From the sequence record SRR2962707_875: 47,012 bases of DNA; one strand, written 5' to 3'. Below are positions 1 through 13,714 of the stretch, in pieces. The translations under genes and the position numbers were made by a program. The notes beneath the pieces are model-generated. The model was given only the letters and a program-made list of their open reading frames with translations. It was not told the DNA's origin and ran no database searches. Each line of letters starts with the position of its first letter. Positions within the stretch are counted from its first letter, which is position 1.

Positions 1-1524
1 GCACCAGTTTTCCAGGAACTGGCTGGGCAGTTCCACCGCGTCCCAGGCAACACCGTTAATGCCGGAAATCCCGGACACTTCCTGTTCGGTCAGCATATGG
101 TGGAGGCCATGACCGAACTCATGGAACAGTGTCACCACCTCGTCGTGGGTCAGCAGGCCCGGCTTGCCCCCGGCCGGCGGCGCGAAATTACAGGTCAAAT
201 AGGCCACCGGGGTTTGCAGGGAACCATCCAGCCGGCGGCGGCGAATACGGGCGTCATCCATCCAGGCGCCGCCGCGTTTACCGGTGCGCGCGTACATGTC
301 CAGGTAGAAGGCGGCGCGGACACTGCCGTCATCGTCCACCAACTCGAAGAAGCGGACATCCGTATGCCAGGTGTCCACATCATGGCGTTGACGGAAGCGG
401 ATACCGAACAGTTTGCCGACCACGGCGAACATGCCATCGATGACTTTTTCCGCCGGGAACCAGGGGCGAAGTGCTTCGTCGGAAAGATCGTAACGGGCTT
501 CACGCAGACGCTCGCTCCAGAACCCAATGTCCCAGGGCTGCAGATCCGTGGCGCCCTGTTCCGCGGCGAAGTCCTGTAATTCCCGCAATTCCTTCTCTGC
601 CTGAGGTTTGGCCTTGAACGCCAGATCGTGAAGGAAATACATCACCTCATCGACGCTGCGGGCCATCTTGGTGGCCAGCGATTTCTCCGCATAACTCCCG
701 AATCCGAGCAGTTTGGCCTGGGCATCACGCAGCGCCAGAATCTCGTCCATGACCGGGCCATTGTCGAAACGGCCGGCGTCTGGCCCTTGATCGGAAGCGC
801 GCGTGGTGAAGGCACGATACATTTCCTCGCGCAGGGCGCGATTACGGGCGTGGCTCATGACCGCCAGATAGACCGGAAAATCCAGCGTCAGCAGCCAGCC
901 ATCCAGACCCTCCGCCCTGGCACGATCGGCGGTACCGGCCAGCGCGGTTTCCGGCAGGCCTTCCAGCTCCTGCTCATCGGTAACATGCTTTTTCCAGTTC
1001 TGGGTGGCGTCCAGAAGCTGGTTTTCATACTGTGTGGTGAGTTCGGAGAGGCGCTTGGCGTTCTCCATGTAACGGCGCTTGTCTTCCTCCCCGAGGGCGA
1101 CACCGGACAAACGGAAATCACGCAGGGTGTTATCAATATCCTTGCGCTGGGCTTCATTGAGAGCAGCGAATTCGGCGCTGTCGTGGAGCGCCTGATAGGC
1201 CGCGAACAAGGCGCTGTTCTGGCCTACCTCGGTGCCGTATTCACTGAGCAGCGGCAAACAGGCATTGTAAGCTTCCCGCAATGCCTCGTTCTGAGCCACC
1301 GCGTTGAGATGCGCCACCGGGCCAAAGGCCTTGCCAAGGCGATCGTCTTCCTCGTCGAGCGCGGCCACCAGCGCCTGGTAGCCCACGTCACCGGCTTTCA
1401 GCACCGTCTCGATACGCTGGCGGCCATCCGCGATCAGTTGCTCCACCGCCGGTTTTACATGCTCGGGGCGAATCTCGGAAAAGGGGGGCAGATCCGGGTA
1501 GTCGATCAACGGGTTGTGACTCAT
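1..1524 (-). CDS. prlC: Oligopeptidase A (M3 metallopeptidase), 3' end runs off the window
   Basis: Absent from the ORF track because its stop lies outside the window. Manual translation from ATG at 1524 gives MSHNPLIDYPDLPPFSEIRPEHVKPAVE; the zinc motif TLFHEFGHGLHH lies near 97-133. Divergent from a yrdA-like gene, as in other gammaproteobacteria. Confidence 0.93.
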   Translation of the reverse strand, partial: MSHNPLIDYPDLPPFSEIRPEHVKPAVEQLIADGRQRIETVLKAGDVGYQALVAALDEEDDRLGKAFGPVAHLNAVAQNEALREAYNACLPLLSEYGTEVGQNSALFAAYQALHDSAEFAALNEAQRKDIDNTLRDFRLSGVALGEEDKRRYMENAKRLSELTTQYENQLLDATQNWKKHVTDEQELEGLPETALAGTADRARAEGLDGWLLTLDFPVYLAVMSHARNRALREEMYRAFTTRASDQGPDAGRFDNGPVMDEILALRDAQAKLLGFGSYAEKSLATKMARSVDEVMYFLHDLAFKAKPQAEKELRELQDFAAEQGATDLQPWDIGFWSERLREARYDLSDEALRPWFPAEKVIDGMFAVVGKLFGIRFRQRHDVDTWHTDVRFFELVDDDGSVRAAFYLDMYARTGKRGGAWMDDARIRRRRLDGSLQTPVAYLTCNFAPPAGGKPGLLTHDEVVTLFHEFGHGLHHMLTEQEVSGISGINGVAWDAVELPSQFLENWC

Positions 1525-1569
1525 GGGGCCTCTCGTTATAAACGGAATTCACCTGATTGGGAGAAAGAG

Positions 1570-2106
1570 ATGGGGATTCGTCGCTTCGAAGACAAGGTAC
1601 CGCAACTGGGCGAACGGGTATATGTTGATCCCGCCGCCACCGTGATCGGTGACGTGGCCCTGGGCGAGGACTGTTCAATCTGGCCGGGGGCGGTGATCCG
1701 CGGCGATATGCATCGTATCCGCATTGGCGCTCGCACCAGCGTCCAGGACAATGCCGTGCTGCACATTACCCACGCTTCCCGTTTCAACCCGGACGGCTTT
1801 CCGCTGACCATCGGCGAGGATGTCACTCTTGGCCACCAGGCCATGTTGCATGGTTGCACCGTGGGCAACCGGGTCATGGTGGGCATGCAGGCGATGATCA
1901 TGGACGGCGCGGTGGTGGAAGATGACGTGATGATCGCCGCCGGCACTCTGGTGAGCCCCGGCAAACGCCTGGAAAGCGGTTGGCTGTACCGGGGCAGCCC
2001 GGCCAAACCGGCGCGCCGGCTGACCGAGGAGGAGTTGGCGTTCCTGCCCTATGTGGCGGGCAATTACGTGAAGCTGAAGGACCAGTACCTTAAATCGCCC
2101 ACATGA
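1570..2106 (+). CDS. yrdA: Gamma-class carbonic anhydrase family protein (YrdA-like, hexapeptide repeats)
   Basis: C-terminal part of ORF 628..2106 from ATG 1570: VYVDPAATVIGDV, IRGD, VQDNAVLH, GHQAMLHGC. The upstream in-frame extension is the antisense of prlC. Confidence 0.88.
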   Translation: MGIRRFEDKVPQLGERVYVDPAATVIGDVALGEDCSIWPGAVIRGDMHRIRIGARTSVQDNAVLHITHASRFNPDGFPLTIGEDVTLGHQAMLHGCTVGNRVMVGMQAMIMDGAVVEDDVMIAAGTLVSPGKRLESGWLYRGSPAKPARRLTEEELAFLPYVAGNYVKLKDQYLKSPT

Positions 2107-3069
2107 ACGACATGTTGCCGAAGCTGATCGGATCACTGTCGCGGATCGGTGATGTGGAGTGCTGCAGGGTCATGGTAAAGCTGAAGCGGTCGTTGCGAAC
2201 ACCGGCCCCACCGATCAGCGTGACGGTCCAGTCTTCCTTGTCGATGTTGTAGTCCCCGCCCTTACGCTCGATGTAGGAATAGCCGTTGTACTGCACGGAT
2301 GACCCCAGGAACAGCTCCCAGCCGAACCCGGGGTTATCGAACAGTCCCACCAGGGACCCGGCGGTACCGATACCCGCGTAATCCGGAATGAAATTGCCGG
2401 GCAGGTTGCGGCCGAAACGGATGAAGCCTCCGCTCTGCGCGTTGCCGTCGAAATTGTTGACGTCAATGCCCCAGGCACCGCCCAGCTCCAGCTGATAACC
2501 GCTGTCGTATTCCCGCTTGAGGAAGCGATGGGCGTGCAAAAAATAGACCCCGCCGATGAGATCCGGGCCGAGCTGATTGTCCCACCCCCTTGGCCGGGTG
2601 GAACCCGTGACCTTGTGGACGATCTTCTGGCTTTCCTCCGCGCCGGAGTCCGGCCCCACCACGCCACCTCTGATACCGTAACCGTACAGATTATGGGTGT
2701 CCCAACTGAACAGGCCCAGTTCCAGATTGCTGTAGCCCACATAGGGCACATCACTGTAATCCGGTGTGGAACGCTCGATATCGTCGGGCGTCGCCATGAT
2801 CTGTTCCAGGCTGACGGTGAGAGCATGGCGCTCATCCGCCGCGGACACTCCCGGCAGCGGATCCAGAGCCCGCGCCACCGCGCAGGTTGCCCCGCCGTTG
2901 TCATCGCACTTGCCATGGCCATCACCGACCCAACTGATGCGCAGGCCATTGGTGTAATTCTTGTCCAAACCGACGAACAGGTCGTTATCCCAGGCGAAAC
3001 CAAACGTATCCGCACCACATACGCCAGCGAAGGAAAGGCCGGCACCAAGGATCCAATTTCGCATCTGAA

Positions 3070-3073
<4 letters not shown>
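2090..3073 (-). CDS. Lipid A 3'-O-deacylase LpxR family / DUF2219 outer-membrane protein
   Basis: Signal-peptide-like N-terminus; motifs WDNDLF..DKNYTNG, DVPYVG, QKIVH, GWDNQL. ATG at 3073 overlaps the aroE stop (ATGA). Confidence 0.75.
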
Positions 3074-5379
<2,306 letters not shown>

Positions 5380-5494
5380 TTAAAAAGCGCGTCAGGACGA
5401 ATGGGGAGAGCCTCTCCGGTCGGCACGTAGGATACCCGTTGTGGCGGCCATCCCGCCAGCACCGGACGGATTGCTGCCCGACAGCCTTGGCGGG

Positions 5495-6565
5495 TCAGCC
5501 CGGCGGACGGCTCACATAGCCGCCACCGACCCGCTCGATGTGCCCCTCCCGCTCCAGTTCCAGCAACGCCGCGGTCAGCTCCGGCGGCGCCAGACCGGAG
5601 CGCTCACACAGCTGGTCAAGGCTGTTCACACCGCCGATGAAATACCGCAGCAACGGTGGCCTCGGCTTGCTCAATGACGGACTGTGCGCCACGGTGCGAT
5701 GAAAGTCCTCGAACGCCGCCAGCACATCGTCGGTACATTCCAGCCAGTTGGCCCCTTCGCGCAGCAGTTTATGGCAGCCCTTGCTAAGCGGGTTATGAAT
5801 GGATCCAGGGATGGCGAACACTTCCCGCCCCTGCTCGGCGGCACAGCGGGCGGTGATCAGAGAACCACTGCGCAGCGCCGCTTCCACCACCACGACCCCC
5901 AGACTCAGGCCGCTGATGAGCCGGTTGCGTTGCGGGAAAGAACGCCGGGACGGCGGGCGCCCCGGGGCGAATTCACTGACCAGGGCTCCGCCGGCGGCGA
6001 TGATCTCCCCGGCCAGCCGGCGATGGCGTGGTGGATAGAGCTTGCCGGGACCATGCCCCAGCACCGCCAGGGTGATCCCGGGGGCGGCAAGGGCGCCACG
6101 GTGGGCGGCGCCGTCCACCCCCAGGGCCAGCCCGCTGGTGACGGCGAATCCCGCCGCGGCCAGGCAACGGCTGAAACGATAGGCGTTGGCCTCCCCTTCG
6201 GCGGACGCGCCACGGGCCCCGACCATGGCGATTTGAGGCCGCGCCAGCGCGGACACCTCGCCCAGTACCGCCAGCACCCCCGGCGCGTCCGGCAGATCCG
6301 CCAGCAGCGGCGGATAATCCTCGTCCCCCAGGGCCAGCCAGCGCCAGCCCTGAGCGGCCAGCGGTCGCCACTGCGGCTCGAGGGATTCCGGGGCCGTCAG
6401 CCAGCGCCGGCGTTCGCTCGGATTCGGCAGGCGCCCGGGCAGGGCCTCGGCATAGCGGGTCAGCGGGGTTTCGTCGATGGGCCGGCGGCGCAGGGCCTCG
6501 CCGAGCTGCATGGAAGCGGGATCGAACGCCTTGGCCAACGCCAGGCGCGCAAGCTGGTCTCGCAT
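5495..6565 (-). CDS. dprA: DNA-protecting protein DprA (Smf)
   Basis: IAMVGAR, VTSGLALGVDGAAH, FPQRNRLISGLS, VVVEAALRSGSLITA, GREVFAIPGSI; C-terminal winged-helix-like LLELEREG. Confidence 0.95.
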   Translation of the reverse strand: MRDQLARLALAKAFDPASMQLGEALRRRPIDETPLTRYAEALPGRLPNPSERRRWLTAPESLEPQWRPLAAQGWRWLALGDEDYPPLLADLPDAPGVLAVLGEVSALARPQIAMVGARGASAEGEANAYRFSRCLAAAGFAVTSGLALGVDGAAHRGALAAPGITLAVLGHGPGKLYPPRHRRLAGEIIAAGGALVSEFAPGRPPSRRSFPQRNRLISGLSLGVVVVEAALRSGSLITARCAAEQGREVFAIPGSIHNPLSKGCHKLLREGANWLECTDDVLAAFEDFHRTVAHSPSLSKPRPPLLRYFIGGVNSLDQLCERSGLAPPELTAALLELEREGHIERVGGGYVSRPPG

Positions 6566-6621
6566 AAAAACGCACCTCCCTGTGCGCGTTATGGACTCTG
6601 TAAATCGGCCTGAGGCCGCGG

Positions 6622-7692
6622 CTAGTAACTGCCTTCCGGGCTTTCCACCACGTCGTTCATGTAAACCGGGCGCTGGGATTCCATGATCAGCCCGTAGCTG
6701 ACTTTCTCGAACACCCGGAACAGCACCAGGGAACCGGCGCGGGTACGGGGCAGGCGTACCATCTCGTCCTGCTGCCGGTCCCGGACCTGCTCGCCCTGCT
6801 GGAAGATATCCAGCACGTGGCCTTCCTCCATGCCTTCCCGGGCGCCACGGTTGATCACCACCACGTCGTTGCGGGCGACACTGCTGATCCGGTCGAAGAA
6901 GCGGATGATACGGCCTTCCACTTTTTCATCCGGCGCGTGCGGATAGAGCAAGGCGCGCACGCGCTGGTCCGGTTGCGGGAACAGACGATCATCCACCCGC
7001 AGATCCTCGGAAGAACGCAACACCTGAAGGGTGGCCATGTCTTCCTCGATACGCTCCACCGAGGCCAGACCGACCTGGCGGGCCTCGTAGCCCAGCACTT
7101 CATCGGTGACCGGGTCCACGTATTCCTCGCCCACCCGATACAGTCCATAGCGCTGCTCGGCGTTTTCCCAGCGCTGCTCCGGGTCACGGGCGTGGACGGT
7201 ATCGCCGCCGCCGAAGATGACACGGCGATCCTGCCCACCGAGAATATAGGGCGCGGCGCTGATATCCGCGCGTTCCAGCACCAGGGCCTGCTTGAGATAG
7301 CTCTGGATGGCGTTCATCGGAATCGCGGGAATGGCGTCCTCCCGGCTCATTTCCCGCACCCTTGGTGACAGCTTCACGGTGCCGTCGGGCAACTGGCTTT
7401 GCTCACCGCTGGCGCGATCCAGTTCCAGCCGTGGCTCACCGTCCACCCAGGACAGGCGAATGGCGTCGCCGGGAAAAATCAGGTGCGGGTTCTTGATGGC
7501 GGGATTAACGTGCCAGATCTCGGGCCATTGCCAGGGATGTTCCAGGAAACGCCCGCTGATGTCCCAGAGAGTATCGTCTTTCTTGACGTAGTAGACGTCC
7601 GGGTGATTATCGCGCAGGGTTACGGCGGAAACGCCGGCGGCCACCACCAGCATCGCGCACGCCACCGCCAGGCGCCGGAGCGTTTTGATCAT
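6622..7692 (-). CDS. LysM peptidoglycan-binding protein (TsaP-like)
   Basis: Signal peptide from ATG 7692; LysM domain YYVKKDDTLWDISGRFL...WPEIW...IKNPHLIFPGD. Conserved position between def and dprA. Confidence 0.85.
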   Translation of the reverse strand: MIKTLRRLAVACAMLVVAAGVSAVTLRDNHPDVYYVKKDDTLWDISGRFLEHPWQWPEIWHVNPAIKNPHLIFPGDAIRLSWVDGEPRLELDRASGEQSQLPDGTVKLSPRVREMSREDAIPAIPMNAIQSYLKQALVLERADISAAPYILGGQDRRVIFGGGDTVHARDPEQRWENAEQRYGLYRVGEEYVDPVTDEVLGYEARQVGLASVERIEEDMATLQVLRSSEDLRVDDRLFPQPDQRVRALLYPHAPDEKVEGRIIRFFDRISSVARNDVVVINRGAREGMEEGHVLDIFQQGEQVRDRQQDEMVRLPRTRAGSLVLFRVFEKVSYGLIMESQRPVYMNDVVESPEGSY

Positions 7693-7842
7693 CAGTGGTT
7701 TCCTTTTATGATTATGAGCACCCACGTTGTGGATGCATCCCCCAAATCGGCGAGAGCCGATTCTCGATACTAGCAACGTGATCATAGAGTTAGCAACCAA
7801 ATCTAAAGTAGTCTGGCAATAGCAGACTAGCCGGGACCCCAA

Positions 7843-8349
7843 ATGGCCAAACTGGAAATACTTGAATTCCCCGACCCCCGACTCCGCACCGTAGCAAAAC
7901 CGGTGGAGCAGGTGGATGACGCGCTTCGCAAACTGATCGACGATATGATCGAAACCATGTATGAAGCGTCCGGCATCGGCTTGGCGGCGACCCAGGTGAA
8001 CGTCCATCAGCGTTTGCTGGTGATCGATGTCTCCGAGGAGCGGGATCAGCCGCTGGTGTTCATCAACCCGGAGATCACCCCGCTCACCGAGGATCTCGCC
8101 CCCTATGAGGAGGGCTGCCTGTCGGTGCCGGGCTTCTACGAACAGGTGGAGCGGCCGGCGCGGGTGATGATCAAGGCCCTGGACCGGGACGGCAATCCGT
8201 TTGAGATGGAGGCCGACGGCCTGCTCGCCACCTGCATCCAGCACGAGATTGATCATCTGGATGGCAAGCTGTTCGTGGATTACGTATCGCGGCTCAAACG
8301 CGACCGTATCAAGAAGAAACTGCAGAAAATTCACCGCCAGCAAGCCTGA
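7843..8349 (+). CDS. def: Peptide deformylase
   Basis: [22 protein letters not shown] motifs. Confidence 0.98.
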   Translation: MAKLEILEFPDPRLRTVAKPVEQVDDALRKLIDDMIETMYEASGIGLAATQVNVHQRLLVIDVSEERDQPLVFINPEITPLTEDLAPYEEGCLSVPGFYEQVERPARVMIKALDRDGNPFEMEADGLLATCIQHEIDHLDGKLFVDYVSRLKRDRIKKKLQKIHRQQA

Positions 8350-8463
8350 GCACCGGTTTAAGAGCCTGTTCAAGGTTTCCACCCCCGGACGCACGAGCAG
8401 GCTCTGACACTCATTTCCCCAGGGCGGCGGCGCTGCCCTGCTTCCTGGAGACGGATCACCATC

Positions 8464-9429
8464 GTGGCCCATTCCGAACCATCTTCCCGATTACGGCTGG
8501 CCTTCGCCGGCACGCCGGACTTCGCCGCGAGCTGCCTGCAAGCACTGCTGGACAGCTCGCACGACGTTGTCGCCGTCCTTACCCAGCCGGACCGGGGCGC
8601 CGGTCGCGGCAAAAAGGTCAAGCCGGGGCCGGTCAAAGCACTGGCGGAGAGCGCCGGCATCCCGGTTCTGCAACCCGCCACTCTTAAGGACGAGGCGATC
8701 CAGACCCGGCTCCGCGATCTCGAACTGGACGCGCTGATCGTGGTCGCCTACGGCCTGATCATCCCCCAGGCGGTGCTGGATATCCCCCGGCTGGCCTGCG
8801 TCAACGTGCACGCTTCGCTGCTGCCGCGCTGGCGTGGCGCGGCGCCGATCCAGCGCGCCATCATGGCCGGTGACCGGCAAAGCGGCACCACCATCATGCG
8901 CATGGACGCCGGCCTTGATACCGGCCCCATGCTGCTCGCCGAAGCGCTGGACATCGGCGAGCGTGAAACCGGTGGAGAACTGCACGACCGGCTGGCCGGG
9001 CAAGGCGCGCGCCTGCTGGTCACGGTGCTGGAGGATCTGCCCGGCCATTTACAGCGGGCACAGCCACAGCCGGACGATGGCGTCACCTACGCCCACAAGC
9101 TGAGCAAGGAAGAAGCCCGCCTGGACTTCCGCCTGCCGGCCCGGGCCCTGAGCTGCCGCATCCGCGCGTTCAATCCCTGGCCGGTGTGCTGGTTTGATCT
9201 GGATGGCAAGGCCGTGCGGGTATGGGAAGCGCGGGAGTGCGACGCCGACACCACCCTGCTGGAGCCGGGCGACATCGTCACCGCCGACGCCGACGGCGTA
9301 GTGGTGGCCTGCGGCGACATCGCATTGCGGTTGCAGCGTATCCAGTTGCCAGGCAAGAAGCCGATGAGCGTGGCCGAGGTACTGCGCGGCCACCCGGATC
9401 TGTTCGCGCGGGGCGGTCATCTTGGCTGA
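8464..9429 (+). CDS. fmt: Methionyl-tRNA formyltransferase
   Basis: FAGTPDFA, TQPDR, NVHASLLPRWRGAAPIQRAI, GLDTGP; follows def. Confidence 0.97.
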   Translation: MAHSEPSSRLRLAFAGTPDFAASCLQALLDSSHDVVAVLTQPDRGAGRGKKVKPGPVKALAESAGIPVLQPATLKDEAIQTRLRDLELDALIVVAYGLIIPQAVLDIPRLACVNVHASLLPRWRGAAPIQRAIMAGDRQSGTTIMRMDAGLDTGPMLLAEALDIGERETGGELHDRLAGQGARLLVTVLEDLPGHLQRAQPQPDDGVTYAHKLSKEEARLDFRLPARALSCRIRAFNPWPVCWFDLDGKAVRVWEARECDADTTLLEPGDIVTADADGVVVACGDIALRLQRIQLPGKKPMSVAEVLRGHPDLFARGGHLG

Positions 9430-10726
9430 GGCCACCCCCAACCCCCGTCTGGTGGCGGTACGCGCCCTCAATCGTGTGCTGCCCGGCAGTGGCGATGGCG
9501 CCAGTCTGCGCGAAGTGCTGCGCGCCCAAGCCCTGGACGGCGCCGCCGGCGGCCTGATGCGCGACCTCTGCTTTGGTGTCTGCCGCTACTTGCGCCCGCT
9601 CAATCACTGGCTCAACCAACAGCTGAGCAAGCCGCTCAAACCCAGTGCCCAACCGGTGCGTCTGGCGCTCCTGTGCGGCCTTTACGAACTGTGGTTCAGC
9701 GACCGCGCCGATCATGCGGTGGTCAATGCCTATCCGGACTTGTGCCGCAAATTGAAAGCGGGCTGGGCCAGCGGCCTGGCCAACGCGGTGTTGCGCAAGG
9801 CCAGCCGTATTGACGCCGCCACCGCCTTCGCCGACTACCCCGACGCGGTGCGCTGGTCGCTGCCGGACTGGCTCTGGCAACAGTGGCAAAGCGACTGGCC
9901 GGATCAGGCCGCCGCCATGGCCGAGGCCAGTCTGACGCCGCCACCGCTGACCTTGCGGGTGAATCAGCGGCACCACCACCGCGACCACTGGCTGACACAA
10001 TTCGGCGACGAAGCCCGCGCCGGCGCCCTCTCTCCCTGGGCGCTGTATCTGTCGCCGCCCCGCCCGGTCACCGCCCTGCCCGGTTTCGCCGAGGGCGAAC
10101 TGACGGTGCAGGATGAAGCGGCACAACTGCCGGTGACCCTGATGGCGATACCGGACGGCGCGCGCATACTCGACGCCTGCGCCGCGCCCGGCGGCAAGAC
10201 CGGGCAGTTGGCCGAAGCCTTTCCCGGCGCGCGGCTGGTGGCACTGGACGTGTCCGAGCCACGCCTGCGTCAGGTGCGTGAGGCGCTCAAGCGTCTCGGC
10301 GCCGAGGCCACCGTGCTCCAGGGTGACGCCGCCGATCCGCAAAGCTGGTGGGACGGTGAGCCGTTTGACACCATTCTGCTGGACGCCCCCTGCTCGGCTA
10401 CCGGCATCCTGCGCCGTCAACCGGATGTGAAATGGCACCGCCGCCGCCAGGACCTGCCGGCACTGGTGGATTTACAAGCGCGCATGCTGGATGCACTATG
10501 GCCGCTTCTGCGCCCCGGGGGTACGCTGGTGTACGCCACCTGCTCGGTGCTGCGCGCCGAAAACGATCAGCAAATCAGTGCGTTCCTCGAGCGCACCGAA
10601 GACGCCACCGAGGACACGCCGGGCATTGGCGATCCGTCACCGGCGTCGCGGGGCTGGCAATTGCTGCCGCGGGATCAGGGGCCGGACGGTTTTTATCTGG
10701 CCCGCCTGCGCAAAACCATGGGGTGA
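9422..10726 (+). CDS. rsmB: 16S rRNA m5C967 methyltransferase
   Basis: NusB-like N-terminus; [41 protein letters not shown]. Confidence 0.95.
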   Translation: MAEATPNPRLVAVRALNRVLPGSGDGASLREVLRAQALDGAAGGLMRDLCFGVCRYLRPLNHWLNQQLSKPLKPSAQPVRLALLCGLYELWFSDRADHAVVNAYPDLCRKLKAGWASGLANAVLRKASRIDAATAFADYPDAVRWSLPDWLWQQWQSDWPDQAAAMAEASLTPPPLTLRVNQRHHHRDHWLTQFGDEARAGALSPWALYLSPPRPVTALPGFAEGELTVQDEAAQLPVTLMAIPDGARILDACAAPGGKTGQLAEAFPGARLVALDVSEPRLRQVREALKRLGAEATVLQGDAADPQSWWDGEPFDTILLDAPCSATGILRRQPDVKWHRRRQDLPALVDLQARMLDALWPLLRPGGTLVYATCSVLRAENDQQISAFLERTEDATEDTPGIGDPSPASRGWQLLPRDQGPDGFYLARLRKTMG

Positions 10727-10739
10727 TCGGACCGCGATC

Positions 10740-12116
10740 ATGAAGATCATTATTCTGGGTGCCGGCCAGGTGGGCGGCACGTTGGCGGAGAACCTCGCCG
10801 GCGAACGCAACGATATCATCGTCATTGATACCGACGGCGAGCGCCTGCGGGAACTGGGGGACCGCCTCGACATCGGCACGGTGCAGGGCATGGGCTGCTA
10901 CCCCAGCGTGCTCAAGGACGCCGGCGCCGAGGACGCCGACATGCTGATCGCGGTGACCAACTCCGACGAGGTCAACATGGTCGCCTGCCAGGTGGCGTAC
11001 AGCCTGTTCCGCACCCCCACCAAGATCGCCCGGATCCGCACCGCCCATTACACCAGCCGCGCCGACAAGCTGTTTAACGAAAGCGCCATTCCCATCGACG
11101 TGATCATCAGCCCCGAGCAGGTGGTCACCGACTATATCAAGCGTCTGATCGAACATCCCGGTGCTCTGCAGGTGGTGAATTTCGCCGGCGGCCGGGTGCA
11201 ACTGGTGGCGGTGCGCGCCTATTACGGCGGCCCACTGGTGGGTAACGAGCTGCGTGAACTGCGCAAGCACATGCCCAATGTGGATACCCGGGTGGCGGCG
11301 ATTTTCCGCCGCAACCGGCCCATCATTCCGGAAGGCAACACGGTCATCGAGGCGGACGACGAAGTGTTCTTCATCGCCGCCAAGAACGACATCCGCGCGG
11401 TAATGAGCGAGTTGCGCCGGCTGGAGCACAACTACAAGCGCGTGCTCATCGCCGGCGGCGGCAATATCGGCTATCGCCTGGCGAAAAGCATCCAGCACCG
11501 CTACAACGTCAAAGTCATCGAACGCTCACCGCAACGGGCCGACTGGCTCGGTGAAAAACTGGAGCACACCGTGGTGCTGCAAGGCCTCTCCACCGATCGC
11601 GACGAATTACTCAAGGCCAACATCGAGAACACCGATGTGTTCTGCGCTCTCACCAACGACGACGAGGCCAACATCATGGCCTCGCTGCTGGCCAAACGCC
11701 TGGGCGCGCGCAAGGTGATGACGCTGATCGCCAACCCCGCCTACGTGGACCTGGTTCAGGGCCATGACATCGACATTGCCATTTCACCGCAACAGTCCAC
11801 CATCGGCAGCCTGCTCACCCATGTACGCCGTGGTGACGTGGTCAACGTCTATTCGCTGCGCCGCGGCGCCGCCGAGGCCATCGAGGCGATTGCTCACGGT
11901 GACGCCAAATCCTCCAAGGTGGTGGGTCGCGCCATCGAGGACATCGACTTGCCGGAAGGCACCACCATCGGCGCCGTGGTACGCGGTGAACGGGTGCTGA
12001 TCGCCCATGATGACGTGGTGATCGAACCGAACGATCACGTGATCCTGTTCCTGATCGACCGGCGCCGCATCCGCGATGTGGAGAAGCTGTTCCAGGTCGG
12101 GTTCACGTTCTTCTGA
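10740..12116 (+). CDS. trkA: Trk potassium uptake NAD-binding subunit
   Basis: ATG at 10740 ([12 protein letters not shown]), second RCK motif IAGGGNIG; 458 aa. Confidence 0.97.
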   Translation: MKIIILGAGQVGGTLAENLAGERNDIIVIDTDGERLRELGDRLDIGTVQGMGCYPSVLKDAGAEDADMLIAVTNSDEVNMVACQVAYSLFRTPTKIARIRTAHYTSRADKLFNESAIPIDVIISPEQVVTDYIKRLIEHPGALQVVNFAGGRVQLVAVRAYYGGPLVGNELRELRKHMPNVDTRVAAIFRRNRPIIPEGNTVIEADDEVFFIAAKNDIRAVMSELRRLEHNYKRVLIAGGGNIGYRLAKSIQHRYNVKVIERSPQRADWLGEKLEHTVVLQGLSTDRDELLKANIENTDVFCALTNDDEANIMASLLAKRLGARKVMTLIANPAYVDLVQGHDIDIAISPQQSTIGSLLTHVRRGDVVNVYSLRRGAAEAIEAIAHGDAKSSKVVGRAIEDIDLPEGTTIGAVVRGERVLIAHDDVVIEPNDHVILFLIDRRRIRDVEKLFQVGFTFF

Positions 12117-12198
12117 TGAAGGCCGTTGCGTTGATGATGACGGAGAGAGCAAAACACCGGGCAGCGGGCGCCCCCTTTTTCATTGACGAGGGGACGCC

Positions 12199-13650
12199 AT
12201 GCATTTCGCGCTGATCTCCAAAGTGCTCGGCCTGCTGTTGGTGGTGTTCAGTTTCACCATGATGCCACCGGTGGCGGTGTCCTACTTCTATCAGGACGGC
12301 AGCGAAGGGCCCTTCCTGGCCTCCTTCGTGATCTCGTTGCTGCTCGGCCTGGTGCTGTGGCTGCCGTTCTTCCGTCATCGCGCCGAACTGCAGACCCGTG
12401 ACGGCTTCCTGGTGGTGACGCTGTTCTGGTCGGTACTGGGCGTGATTGGCGGCCTGCCGTTTTTGATTTCCGCCGACACTCCGGTGGGTTTCACCGACGC
12501 GGTGTTTGAATCCGTGTCCGGCCTGACCACCACCGGCGCCTCGGTGCTTTCCGGTCTGGATACGTTGCCAAAATCGATTCTCTATTACCGCCAGCAACTG
12601 CAGTGGTTTGGCGGCATGGGCGTTATCGTGCTGGCGGTGGCGATTCTGCCCATGTTGGGCATCGGGGGTATGCAGCTGTACAAGGCGGAAATTCCCGGGC
12701 CGATGAAGGACGCCAAGCTGACCCCGCGCATCGCCGAAACCGCCAAGGCGCTGTGGTACCTGTACCTGTTCATTACCGTGGCATGCGCTTCGGCCTACTG
12801 GCTCGCCGGTATGACCCTGTTCGACGCCATCACCCACAGCTTCAGCACCGTGGCCACCGGCGGTTTCTCCACCCATGATCAGTCCATGGCCTATTGGGAT
12901 AGTGCCGCCATCGACTGGATCACCACCGTCTTCATTATCATCGGCGGAACCAACTTCGCCCTTCATTTCGCCGCCATTCGCGGCCTCTCACCACTGACTT
13001 TCGTGCGTGATCCAGAGTTCCGGTTCTACATCGGCATGGTGTTCCTCTACATTTTGCTGGTGACCCTGGGTCTGCTGGCCTTCAACGTGTTCCAGAGCGC
13101 CGATGAAACCCTGCGTCACGCCGCGTTCCAGGTAGCCTCGTTCAGCACCGGTACCGGCTACACCAGCACCAACGCCGCCGCCTGGCCGGGTTTCGTGCCC
13201 TTTTTGCTGGTGTTCACCAGTTTCCTCGGCGCCAGCGCCGGTTCCACCGGTGGCGGCATGAAGAGCGTGCGCGGGGCTCTGGTGTTCCACCACAGTATTC
13301 GCGAACTGCGGCGGCTGATTTACCCCAATGGCGCCTTTGCCCTGCGCTTCGGCCGCCATACGGTAAATGATCGGGTGCTGCAGGCGGTGTGGGGCTTTGT
13401 CGGTGTTTACATCACCATCGCGGTGGTCTTCACCCTGCTGTTCACCGTCACCGGCCTGGACCTGACCACAGCGGTCAGTTGTGTTGCCGCCAGTCTGAAC
13501 AACCTGGGTGTGGGCATTGGCGGCGTGGCCAGCGGCTTCGCCGATATTTCCCCCGCCGCCAAGTGGATGATGACGCTGCTGATGCTGCTCGGCCGTCTGG
13601 AGATCTTTACCTTGCTGGTGCTGTTCACGCCACTGTTCTGGAAGCAGTGA
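12199..13650 (+). CDS. trkH: Trk potassium uptake membrane subunit
   Basis: FESVSGLTTTGAS, QWFGGMG, TVATGGFS, GSTGGG, LMLLGRLEIFT; many TM segments. Confidence 0.96.
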   Translation: MHFALISKVLGLLLVVFSFTMMPPVAVSYFYQDGSEGPFLASFVISLLLGLVLWLPFFRHRAELQTRDGFLVVTLFWSVLGVIGGLPFLISADTPVGFTDAVFESVSGLTTTGASVLSGLDTLPKSILYYRQQLQWFGGMGVIVLAVAILPMLGIGGMQLYKAEIPGPMKDAKLTPRIAETAKALWYLYLFITVACASAYWLAGMTLFDAITHSFSTVATGGFSTHDQSMAYWDSAAIDWITTVFIIIGGTNFALHFAAIRGLSPLTFVRDPEFRFYIGMVFLYILLVTLGLLAFNVFQSADETLRHAAFQVASFSTGTGYTSTNAAAWPGFVPFLLVFTSFLGASAGSTGGGMKSVRGALVFHHSIRELRRLIYPNGAFALRFGRHTVNDRVLQAVWGFVGVYITIAVVFTLLFTVTGLDLTTAVSCVAASLNNLGVGIGGVASGFADISPAAKWMMTLLMLLGRLEIFTLLVLFTPLFWKQ

Positions 13651-13714
13651 TCGTGATTGGAACCACAGCGGCTTCGTAGCCCGGTTTGTGGAAAGGCGTG
13701 GCGCCAACCGCGAA

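Noticed and set aside
628-1569. Apparent 314-aa N-terminal extension of the gamma-carbonic-anhydrase ORF (492 aa)
   Set aside because: It is the antisense shadow of prlC; recognisable YrdA sequence starts at ATG 1570.
7693-8472. Apparent 260-aa extension of the LysM ORF (616 aa)
   Set aside because: It overlaps def on the opposite strand; a signal peptide and AAAGGA RBS place the start at 7692.
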